The notes beneath the pieces are model-generated. The model was not told where the DNA came from. It made no database searches and was given only the letters and a program-made list of their open reading frames with translations. Position numbers and translations under genes: made by a program. A stretch of DNA of 64,000 bases from Isurus oxyrinchus (lineage: Eukaryota): the NCBI GenBank assembly GCA_026770705.1, contig JANJGN010000036.1, forward strand, positions 3,968,001 through 4,032,000. Direction: 5' to 3'. Below, piece by piece: positions 53,076-64,000 of the stretch (position 1 is the stretch's first letter; every line of letters starts with the position of its first letter).

Positions 53076-54247
53076 GGCTCTAAGAAGCTCATGAATTACT
53101 CCAACTTACTTCAAAGTCGAATAAAAGACTTCAGTGTACAGGTCAACAACTCACCTGTCCCTGGCTCTGCTGCTTTGGGGAACGACACGCTTTTTGTCAA
53201 ATATTTGCCTGGATACCCCAGTTCAACAATACAGGTGCAGACACCGCCGCTTCTCAAGGTTTCCCTAGACACCATGATTTGACTTCTGATACTGTAGGTC
53301 CCGTCCGCCTCCATTGTACCGAGATCTCTTGGTCCCTCAGTGACCAGGTAGGAAATGTTCCAGAAAATAGCAACCTGGTTGGAAGAAACTCCACTGACCA
53401 AACACACTAAGGGGGCAGTTTCCCCCAAATGCAGCTCACCCGGCGGGACAAACACCAGCACAGCCGTCTTGTAGGTGAAACTGTCTGGAGAAAGATTCGG
53501 ACGCAGTCAAAGATAAATTTGCATGCAAATGACAATATTCCGCATGATATGAATTCATTTCACTTGCTGTCTTACCTCCAACCAGCAGTGTGGATCCATT
53601 CTGGAGCCCTGCAGAGCCAGCCTTATCAGCACAATAGTAGGAACCCGAGTCATTTAGCTGGACATTTCGAATTTCCAAAATTAACGCATTTTTGCTGTTG
53701 CCGTTTTTGGAAATACACTGGCAGTCGGCCCCCTGACAAGACTGGATGTCGATTGGTTTTGGGGCTTCACCCACACGCTGTTTGTACCAGAAATATCTAG
53801 ACACCAATCCCACTTCGTAAATGTACTGACAGGTTAATTCCACCGTGTCTCCGACTTCAGCTGTCATTATGATGGGGCCCTGAGACAGAGAGGGCTCGGG
53901 TTCTGTAACTAGTGAGATTATTGCTACATTATCACTGGTTATTGAGAGATAGGAAGCAGCCGCTTTAAAAGACGCCGCGTGTAATTTAAGAACAGTCACA
54001 TCATTATCTTTAAATATTATTGGTTAGATTAATTATCCAAAATATTTTTATTCGCCTTATAGGAAGAACCAGTAAATAAGCTCACATGATCAGATAAAAT
54101 CCCTTCATCTGGTCACTGGGTTACATTTTCAGCTTAATAAACACGGACTGCGGTTGATTTCAATTTAAAATTCTCACTCGCCTCTTACTCACCGTAAACC
54201 CGCAGCATTTGGAAAATGAGCATCAGAGATAAAGATTCCTTGGACAT
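49915..54247 (-). CDS. B3: germline V-C1-TM Ig-superfamily receptor with ITIM-like tail, 344 aa
   Basis: Exons 54247-54193 (MSKESLSLMLIFQMLRVY), 53908-53576 (V: LTC..WYKQ..DSGSYYC..LQNGSTLLVG), 53484-53155 (C1: LVCLVSG..FWN..DGTYSIRS..CTC), 52078-51977 (GLCNLALLVLIPVLMIVVLLLVLISIWFHK), 51876-51846, 51621-51569, 51148-51099, 49995-49915 (TQGGPLYVTLDLAALDRRLKKETGRR*). All GT-AG; phases 1,1,1,1,2,1,0 join into 1035 nt open. Confidence 0.85.
52383..52443. repeat. Poly-C tract (G-runs on the B3 sense strand)
   Basis: ~60 nt of near-pure C in the B3 C1-TM intron. Confidence 0.9.
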
Positions 54248-55814
54248 CTTGACGCGGTGAGTTGTCCCTGTTTGCGTTCTCACCAGTTTGTTACTGCAGG
54301 CGGAGTAGCCGCAGACTGACCTGAGCTCAATCGCAGTCACTTGCCCCCTTTCATGATGCGGTGGATTCTATGAGCAGCTGTACTATGGAAAGTATGACAC
54401 CATTGTGGGCGCGGTGCCCTGGTGAACGTTACATGCGTTTGACTTACTCTGGCCACCGTCTGTGCGACGAAGTGACAGCATGCCTATAAAGAACATAACT
54501 GGGTTGTCTTTCAGAGGGGTTGACAGGATAACAATTGTATGGATAAATGCTGAATGTTGCAGTTAAAGTTTAATTCTAGCTTAACCATCCCCAGTTATCA
54601 TTCACAAGATGACGGTTGATCCAGTTTTAAAAACTTCTTTCAGGTCGCTTTCTCAGTCTTGTCTTTAGAGAAGAGACCTAGGCTGTTCAGCTATGCATGT
54701 TAGTTATAATCTCTCAGCTCTGGTATCAGCCTCGTCAATCTTGTTGGCTCCTTCTCCAGTGCCTCGATATTCTTTTATAAAATTGATTCCAGAAATGTGC
54801 AGTTCGTCCGAGTGTGGTCTGAACAAGGTTCCATAGACGACAATGGCTCCTTTGTTTTTCACTTTAAGTCTCAGTATTTTTCCAGTACTTTTTCCAGTTA
54901 AGATCACGGGCAATTGCATCAAAAACTATTTGCTACAGAATTATTCACAGAGCCAATGAAGCAATCGTTAGATCAGCGTCAGAAGCAGACCAGTCCCAAG
55001 GCCAAGATAAAAGCAAAATACTGCGGATGCTCGAACTTTGAAATAAAAACAGAAAATGCTGGAAGAACTTAACAGTTTTGGCAGACTCGGTGCAGAGAGA
55101 GGAAAAGAGTTACCGTGTCGGGTCTTCCTGTCGAGTTCTTTTCCAGAATTTTCTGTTTTTAGAGACGATGCCAGACAATGCTTTTCCAGCATTTTCCATA
55201 TTGGTTTCGGAACCTGAGGCCACTGTTTAACCGGATTGTATTTAGATCTTTAACAGCGATCACACTCCCGCATTCTGCTGTTGAGCGAGCGACTTCACTG
55301 TAAATAACCTGGGCAGAATAGGCTCACTTGACCAATGGTGGTCGAGGGAAGCCTTTGGAGTGTTTTCCTTTTAAACGGAATCTCACCGTGTATGTTCCGT
55401 TGTTTTGCATTCGTGTCCCTATCCATTTCTCTAAGAAGGGTTTCTCCACTGGGGAATAAAAGTGGGAACGATAAATAGCGCCAGAATAAGGCCGCAATTA
55501 TAAACCTCGAATCCAGAATGGGGAATTCTCCCAGTCTGCAATCTGTTGATACCCTTGGGAATAAAGATTCATGATCTTCGCCATTCCCAGCGGAACATTG
55601 CACGTTTCCCTAAAACACCTTGTTCGGGTTTATTGGAAACTAATTCTCAGGCGGAATTCAGCACAAGCCGGACAGAGAGTCTCCCGGAATCCATAATGAG
55701 AAAATCATCTAGAGGAGTGAAACTGAGGGACAATGGGTGAACAGTTTATAAGAATCTGATACAGACAGACACTTCCCTTTGTCTTTTGTTGAAAGCAAGA
55801 GTTTACTCATTTAT

Positions 55815-56090
55815 TTTTATTCGTTCATGGGATGTGAGCGTCGCAAATTAGGCCAGTACTTATTGTCCTCCATAATTGCCCCTTGAGAAGGTGCTGGTGG
55901 GCCGCTTTCTTCAAAAACTGCAGTCCCTGTGGTGTAAGTACATCCACTGTGCTGTCAGGTAGGGAGTTCCATGATTTTGACCCAGAGACAGTGAAGAGAC
56001 AGCGATATTGTTCCAAGTCAGGATAGAGCTTATCTTGGGGGATAATTGGAGGTGGTGGTGCTCACAGGCCACTTCTGCCATTGCCCTTCT
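55815..56090 (-). mobile_element. LINE 3' fragment (SWNSLP family)
   Basis: ORF 55825-56016; homologous to 12650-12930. Confidence 0.7.
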
Positions 56091-56092
56091 TG

Positions 56093-57190
56093 GTCCATGG
56101 GATCCAAGGCAATTTGGCAAATTGGATCCATAATTGACTAAGTGGCAGGAAGCAGAATGAGATGGTCGAAGGGTGTTTTTGAGACTGGATGCCTGTGTCC
56201 AGTTGGGTTCCATAGGGATCGTTGTTGGGTTCATTGCTGTTTGTGAGATATATAAACGATTTAGACTTGAATGTAGGTGGATTGATCAGTAATTTCGTGG
56301 ATGACATGAACCTGTTGAGGTGGTAAATAGTGAGGAGGATAGCCTCAGATTACAGGAGGCTACAGACGGGCTGGTCAGATGGGCGGATCAGTGGAAAATG
56401 GAATCTAATCCCGATAAGTGTGAGGTGATGCATTGGGGCAGGACAAGCAAGACAAGGAAATACACAATGCATTGTAGGGCCCCGGGAATACCAAGGATCA
56501 GAAGGGCCTTCGCATGGATGTTCACCTGCCCCTTAATGTAGCCGGTGAGGTAGAAAAGGTGGTTATGAAGGCGTATGGGATATTTGCCTTTATTATCCGA
56601 GACATAGAATATAAGGGCAGGGAAGTTATGCTGGAACTGTATAAATTGCTGGTTAGGCCACAGCTAGAGTATTACATGCAGTTCTGGAATCCGTATTGTA
56701 GGAAGGATGTGATTGCACTAGAGAGAGTGCAGAGGAGATTTATCTGGATGTTAACTGGGCTGGAGAGTTTTAGTTATGAGGAGAGATTGGATAGACTGGG
56801 GTTATTTTCTTTGGAGCAGAGGTGATTGAGGGGGGAGATGATTGAGGTGTATAAAATTATGAGGGGCATAGATAGAGCAGACAGGAAGGAACTTTGCACT
56901 TTGGTGAAGTAATCAATAACCAGGGGGCATGGATTTAATGTAATGGGCAGAAGCTTTAGAGAGGATTTAAGGATGATGTTTTTCCCCCCTAATGGCGATG
57001 GAAATTTGTGACTCACTGGGTAAAATGGAGGTAGAAGCAGAAACCCTCATAACATTTAAGAAGTATTTGGATGTGCACTTGCGATGTCTTGGCATAAAAG
57101 GCTTTGGGCTTAATGCTGGAAAATGGGATTAGAATGTTCTGATACTTGTATGACTGTCGCAGACTCGATGGGCCGAAGGGCCTTTTTCTG
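56093..57190 (+). mobile_element. CR1 LINE 3' fragment
   Basis: WADQWKMESNPDKCEVMHWG, LVRPQLEYYMQFW, SYEERLDRLGLFSLEQR; 3' tail GCAGACTCGATGGGCCGAAGGGCC. Confidence 0.92.
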
Positions 57191-59809
57191 AACCGTCGCC
57201 CCCTATGAAGATATGACTCTATGACCGCACCCATTTTGGATACCTGTATGATTCTGGATATCACAAAGAGCGGATTAATGGGATACAGGTTAAATGGTTT
57301 GTTTCAGGTCACGAAATTGTTGGTCCCTTTTTCGACCAATAATTATTAGGAAAGATTGAACAGGCCAGGGCTCTTTCCTCTAGAACAGTGGAGGGGATGA
57401 CCAGATAAAGGTCTTCAAAATTATGAACATATTCGGTATGATAGACGTAAGAAGATATGTGGAAGTGAGACAAGATCTCGGGACCATCAATATAAGATAG
57501 TCGCCGATAAAACCAATGAGGAATGCAGGAGAAATCTCTTTACTCATAGAGTGTGGAGAATGTGGAACTCGCTCCCAAAGTGAGGTGAATCGCCGAGATT
57601 CACTGAAAGGGGAATCAGGATAAATACACAAATTATAAGGGATAGGGGATACGTTGATGGCGTGGGATGACAGGAGGTGGGAGAAAGTTACTGTGGAGCA
57701 GAAGCACTGGCACAAAGCAGATGGCTCATGCTCCGCTGACCCACACGAGTAATTCTGACACAAAGAGGCATTGGGAGTACAGATTCCGGGTGAAACAATC
57801 ACTAAAATGTTAGCTCAATATTCTTGTTTTTTTTCAACCTGATGTGTTTTTGTTGAAATCAGAATAAAATAATGTGTTCTGGATGAATTAAACAGAACAC
57901 TCGGAATGATGGCCATTTCACCACACCCCACGCAAATGTTCTAAGCAGCAATGATGTTGAATACAGCATCATTGCATTTTGTCTCCAGTTTGAAACAGTC
58001 TGGGCTGCGCACCGCCGGTGACGCATGTTTACCACGCTCTGCAGCGTGTTGCCCTTTGCAGGCAGAGCCGTGTGTGGTCTCCTAACCTGTAAACAGGAAA
58101 CACTCTGCTAAAACTTACACCACGCTGAATTTTCCAGTGCACTATTTTAAAACGTTTCATAGAAGTCCCCAGCACACCCCACCCCCACCCCACCTCACCT
58201 TGTCCCTGAGGCCAATAATAATCCCCAAACAAGTTCATTAAATGCACGATCTGAGTCATAATCACTTTGTTTTTTGTGGATCTCTTTGTGCGCAATTACG
58301 GCTGCTGCATTTCCTTCATAACAACAGACACTACATTTGAAGTAAAAATGTCATTCATTGCCCCTGAAGCGACTCTTTTCCTCTTGCTCCTCTTATTGTT
58401 TCAAATTTCACCCTCAACGTTTGACCCCATTACACTATATTAACCGTGGATGGTCTATTATATATTTTACTGTTGTCGCCGATTCCTCATAGCAAGTATT
58501 TTCCCTCTCTCTCTGCCATAGCACAACCCATAATGTTGATTATGTACCTCTCAGTTATTGTATCTCAAGCAGTTTTGTCCCAGATTCTGGAGGTTCAGAG
58601 TCTCTCGCTTGGAACTAAAACAACGTGCATTGTGATACTGCTTAATTGGCGGTGGTGGGGAGGGGGTGGTCGACTGGTATAAACCGAACCAGCGGACGCA
58701 TCTACAACTGGTCTACACCGTGACAGAATACAACTCTCCAACCGGGAGATATTCGGGAGAAGTTCACCAGGATCGACTCTCTATTCTCTGAATCTTGCAG
58801 ATGTCCGGGCCAGTGATTCGGGCATGTATTATTCTGCAGCTGAGGATCTCAGTAGGATGTCCTTAACGTTTGCAAATGGTTCAAAATGTTTCATCACAGG
58901 AAAAAATTACGATCAATTTAAAAGATTGTATAAGCAATAATCAGGAAGTTATGGCCAATAATGATCGAATCTCAGCGCCCGATCCCAGCACGTTCGCCAA
59001 TAATCCACCTTTTAACTCCGCCCCCAGCTGAAATTCTCTCGGTGGGAGGGGAGCTATTGGTGAAGTTTGTGGGCCCCGATTCTTTTGCCGTTCGCTGGAA
59101 TGTTTCCGGAAGGGATGCCCAGGGACAGGGCAATTCCAGGACAATCGAGCTGGACGGGAGCTACACCATCAGGAGTTACATAATTCTCCGGGCGGAAAAT
59201 TGAAGCAGCGGCGCTCCCTCTACTAACGCCGTTGAAATCAACTCCAGTGAAAATCTTCCAATTGAAAGAGCCTCATCTCAGAGAGGGAGCTGTTAACAGT
59301 TACCTCGTGCATTTAATGTGCGGCCCATTTGTTAGTCATATCTCTATGTGTTTTTGAACTCCCCCTTTCAATGTGTTCACGTATCATTTTCTTACCTCTT
59401 ATCCCGCTCTCATGCATCTCATCATTTCAGTCATTATCGTTCGGAATTTTTAAGCCATCTGTCTAGCTGGGATAGTAAAGCATATGGAGAGAGATAATCG
59501 ACGTTGACCCGTCAATAATTAAATAAAATCGCAAATTTTCTGCTTACCACTTTCCCTCTCGATTCCTCTATTTAATTATTTACATTCCATAGAGCTTCCA
59601 GCAACGGCACAGTGCTTTCTGCCCTTTGGTTCAGTGCTGGTGTTTCTGCTCCAAAAAAACATCCGCCCACCCTACTTCACCTCACCCCAGCAACTTATCC
59701 TTCTACTCCTTTTCCCTTCATATGTTTATGCAGCGTCACCCATCAATGCATCTCTGTAATTCACCTCAACCACTCCCTGTGGGAACGTGCTCCACATTCT
59801 CCCTGGTCT

Positions 59810-60540
59810 CTGGTGTTATGGGGAAATGAAAAATGCTAGAGGAGGACACAGAAATAATTTACTGAAAAACCCCAAAAACCTCCCGGCAGACATGGGTGCT
59901 AAATATGTTAAGATTTGAAGATTACCAAATGAACATTGCATAACATTGAGAGCCTGATCACGGACACAAGCAGGACATAAATCAGATTAAGTGTACTCCC
60001 CTCTCACATAAGGAAGGGGTAGATGGTTTTAGCTTAGATATGAAAGGACTTACAGTAGACAAAGAAGGGATTTTGATGAAACACAAGCTACCTTGATGGG
60101 TGAGAACCAAGATTTTGCTTACGTGTTTTAATTTTGATTGGATAATCTAATTATGTATACCTCCTTTAGAACAATTAGCCAGCAAAATCACATGTTTATG
60201 TACTCAATAGGGTTGGGTTAGCATGAGAATGGTGTGTCGGTTACTGATTGGATATATTCAAATGTATTCAAATGTGTTATGTTAAGGATAAGTACAAAAG
60301 TAATGACATGTTATCAACCTGGGAGCTGGGTCTTCATTCTTAGGAATGATTGCAGGTCCCATGCATTTGCTTGAATAAAACCGGTTAAAGAAAGACTGAG
60401 TCGCTGTGTGATCGGGGTTTGTAACTTCTCCTCTTCAATTGGCCTATGTGGTAGTTGCCAGTTTGGAGGGCGCAGCAGCTCTGAGCCAAATGGCAGAAAG
60501 TACTGTGTCATTGCTGGAAGCTCTGTAGATTACTCATAAG
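59810..60540 (+). mobile_element. Possible solo LTR-like insertion
   Basis: No counterpart apparent at the paralogous site (~30670); AATAAA near 60373. Not classified. Confidence 0.3.
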
Positions 60541-61589
60541 GAAATAGAGGAATCAAGAGAGAAAGTGGTAAACAGAAAAATTGGGATTCTATTTAATAAT
60601 TGGTTACCCCACAGACTTCCCTTCCTACAAAAGAAGAAAACATCCTGTTCAAACTTCTCTGACTGTAATAACCTCTCAGTTTTGGTATCATTCCTGGAAA
60701 CCTTTTCTTTTTTGCACCTGCCCCTGTGCCTGCATATTCCTTTTATGATATGCAGACCGGAATAATCCAAAGCACACTATGTGTGGTCCAGCTAAGTTTT
60801 GATATAGCTTGAAAGCCACCTTTCTTCTGTTCATTGCTGGGACTGGATTTTATCACCTTATTATCCTCTATCACTACTTTCAATAATGTTTGTCTTTTGC
60901 CTCAGAACCCTCTGCTCCTCTATCCAATTTGAATGTTTATTTTCCAGTGAGTGTTTTTCTCAAGCCCTATCACTTTGTCTAACCCAGTCCCCAATCATTA
61001 TTCTTCCCAGTTAAAAGGTCTCTATATAACATTTCATCCAAGACAAAGAAAATGATTCCGCTGGATTCTGGATAAGGAAACTCCTTTAGCCAAAGAGTGG
61101 TGAATCTATGGAATTCCTTGTCACAGAAGGCTGTGGAGGCCAGATCATCGAGTGTGTTGAAGACCAAGATAAATAGGTTCTTGATTAGTAAGGGGATCAA
61201 AGGTAACGGGGAGAAGGCGGGAGAACGGGGTTGAGAAACTTATCCACCATGATTGAATGGCGGAGAAGACTTGATAGGCCGAAAGGTCTAACTTCAGCTC
61301 CTATGTCATATAGTCTTATGGATGACTATGAGCTGCTTAATCTTTCATGCGTGGTGGACAAACGCTTAGCATCAATTACTGTACATGAAAATGGTGAGCA
61401 CCAATGTGTGAACGTGTTGTCAAGCTTAATACATTTAATAGAGATTGCTCTTTCAAGAAGTGCACAAGCGGACAGTTAAAGAGAATACGGGAGATAAAAT
61501 CTGAACGGAATTCGACAAGGTCTCCATGTGTTTGTGTTTTATAAATTTATCTAATTATCCCTCACTGGTACCCAGCCTTCTTATAACTC

Positions 61590-61810
61590 TCTAGCTATCT
61601 GTCTATGTATCTATCTATCTATCTATATATCTATCTATCTATCCATCTATCTATCCATGTAGTTAGCTATCTACCCATCTAGTTACCTATATATCTATCT
61701 ATTATCTATCTACCTATCTATCCATCCATCCATCTCTTTTTCAATCTCTCTCTCTCTCTACTATTCTGCAACACGCTGTGTACATGACTATCTCTCTCTA
61801 TCTAGCCATC
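61590..61810. repeat. (ATCT)n microsatellite
   Basis: TATCTATCTATC runs; likely homolog of 31820-31880 / 32645-32955. Confidence 0.9.
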
Positions 61811-64000
61811 CAACTACCTTCAAATTTGTAAATTTACTTCGCTTGGCTAATAAATTTTGAAGTTTTACTTTTATGTACTTGGTGTTGTTGGTGACAGTGA
61901 CAAGACTGACATTGTTTGCCAATCCTGAGCAGCCCTCTATAGGTGGTGCTGGGTCTCCTTGAATCTTGCGCAAGAGCCAAGAGCCTCGGGTTGTGGGATT
62001 TTTTTCCGAAATACAGTGAGATTTTTCAATTTTTATTCCCTGACACCTGCAGTTCCCACTTTCCAGGAGTTCATCCAAACCAACCTTCTCCTTTGGGTGA
62101 TGGTTCTTGTGGCCAGGAGAAGGAGTTCCAGGAACGGGCAGTCAGGGGAAGATTATAGAGAGAAGCTCTAAGTCCACAGCGCTCTCAATACATCCATTAA
62201 TAATTGTTTGTTGGCACTTTCAACTGTTTGAATGTGAACTGAGGTCATTTCAACCAAATTTAAATTTCTCTTTCTAACAGGCAATATGAACAGTAATACA
62301 GAACTGACACATTCCAGAGAAAGGACATAAGAAAATGCGGTAACTATGAATGGAATTGTTTCCCAACATGTGCAGATACATTTCACTGAATTTTAATCTC
62401 AGCTTTAAAATTCATAGTTAATTTCATATGAGCCTAAGAGATTTTGCATAGTGCACATTGCAAGATAACACGGTTTACATGTCATATAACATTGCGACAA
62501 TAGATGAAAAATATAGATAGGTGTTCAGTTGAATATGTCAAAATTGAAACTGATAAGTCTGTGTTGTGTAAAGGGGATTAACTGTTAGGGAGTGAAGGAC
62601 AGGAGCTGGGGTTAAGATACAAATCAGAAAAGGCGTAATTGAAAGACAGAACATACGCGAAGGGCTGAATGGCCTCTTGATGATGATGTGGCTTACAATA
62701 ACTGTGTTTTCTCTTACAGACGATTTTTGATCGGCTGGCATTGAATGCGGATCCATCAGTCTGATTGCAAACGATATTGAGGTCTCAAGTTCTGCTTTCG
62801 GGCTATGACACGATTTGGAATGTGTTCTCTGTTGCGCCCTTAAAGGAGGAAAGCCTGGAGGTGTGACAATTTCCAAGAGACAGCCACCTCAAATTATGTT
62901 CCCGACTGAATTCAGTTGTATTAATAACAATGAGCAATATAGCACGCCGAACCGTCACTTCTTGGAGAGTGTTCAAGTCTGAAAGAACAAGCTCCTTTTC
63001 AAGCCCAAAATGACTCTCAGAAATTTTAGCTTGGCGCTCAGTATCGATATGTTTCCACTTTCTTGTGATAGTGCTTTTATGTTCATTGTGCATCTTTGTG
63101 TAGCGCTTGAGCAGGAAAGAGCAGTGTCTAAGTTACCAATCCATTAAAACACGTTTTCAAAACCAAGCATTTTGTTTGGGACTTCAGGCTTTTTGACCCC
63201 TCAGTACAGATGTGCTCAGTGAATCTGCAATGGCAAGCTATAGGACATCATTATCGACCAGATGTGTGCAGTTTAAAAGTAGTACCAACTCTACATGAAT
63301 AATAGCAGAACTGAGAGGTTATGATATCAGTTAAGATTGATCAGTCTGCGCCTCTTTCTCCACAAAAGGAAAGAGTGAGGGGCGACCTGATGGTGCTAAT
63401 TTAAATTATGCAAAGATTCGATACGTGGAGGTGGAGATGGAGAGGCAGTGTCTCCATTTGAAGGCAGAGTTGAAGTAAAGGCCATGAATATCGGATATTC
63501 ACTAAAGGTTCTATGGGAGAATTCTGGAATAATTACTTTCCCAGGAGAAAGGGGAGAAAGCAGATCTCACAACCACAGCGAGAGAGCGAGGTAAATATCT
63601 GAGGTGCACTTCAGGGGGAAGCTGGGTAACTACATCATGAATAAAGAAATAGGAGGATATGTTGATGGGGTGAGATGTACAGGGTGTTACAGGAGCCGCA
63701 ACTAAACCAGAAGTATCAGCGGAGAGCAGAGGGGCTGAATGGCCTGTTTCTGCTCTGGAAATAATTTTGAATTTTGTAAAGTGGGAAACCTGAGCAGTGA
63801 CTGAAAGCTCTTTGCTCAGAAAAGTTTGCATCATTAAAATAATTTCTTCTTCGCACTAAAAGAAATAGTTAATTGTGAAAGTGGGATTCAAGGGACTTTT
63901 CACTGAGGTGATCTGGTATTTTTGCTTTACACATTCAAGATTATAAACATTAAATCTTAAAGTTTGAGACCACTGCTTTTTAAGATACACATTACGACTT

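Larger units (their letters stand above)
58025..62764 (+). pseudogene. psiA'3: full-length A'-subfamily V(J)-C1-TM pseudogene
   Basis: Candidate leader from 58025 (MFTTLCSVLPFA.., uncertain); V 58555-58899 with frameshifts/stops (..SDSGMYYSAAEDLSRMSLTFANGSK); C1 58989-59285 (Cys lost, TGA); TM ~62030-62145 (NLLLWVMVLVARRR); tail 62281-~62340 and 62720-62764 (TIFDRLALNADPSV*). Confidence 0.87.

Overview
Vertebrate genomic DNA, almost certainly from a cartilaginous fish (shark-type CR1 LINEs, Deu-domain SINEs, Penelope-derived repeats, a ~68-bp satellite and a GPR139-like pseudogene); two N gaps. The main content is a tandemly duplicated cluster of non-rearranging, antigen-receptor-like Ig-superfamily genes: leader - one germline V exon with its own J-like G strand - C1 - connecting peptide with Cys - TM - cytoplasmic exons. 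Two divergent chain types occur: 'A' (+ strand) and 'B' (- strand), three times head-to-head. By hand-splicing at GT/AG sites three genes are intact: A1 (3402-8498, 303 aa, ITIM Tyr replaced by Asn, Asp in TM), A2 (22849-27269, 303 aa, canonical ITIM IHYAGL) and B3 (54247-49915, 344 aa, tail YVTL). Five further copies are pseudogenes or fragments. I saw no recombination signal sequences. The picture is a birth-and-death family of possibly heterodimeric, TCR/IgL-shaped paired receptors, perhaps with a secreted light-chain-like isoform. Exon models are manual and have no expression support.
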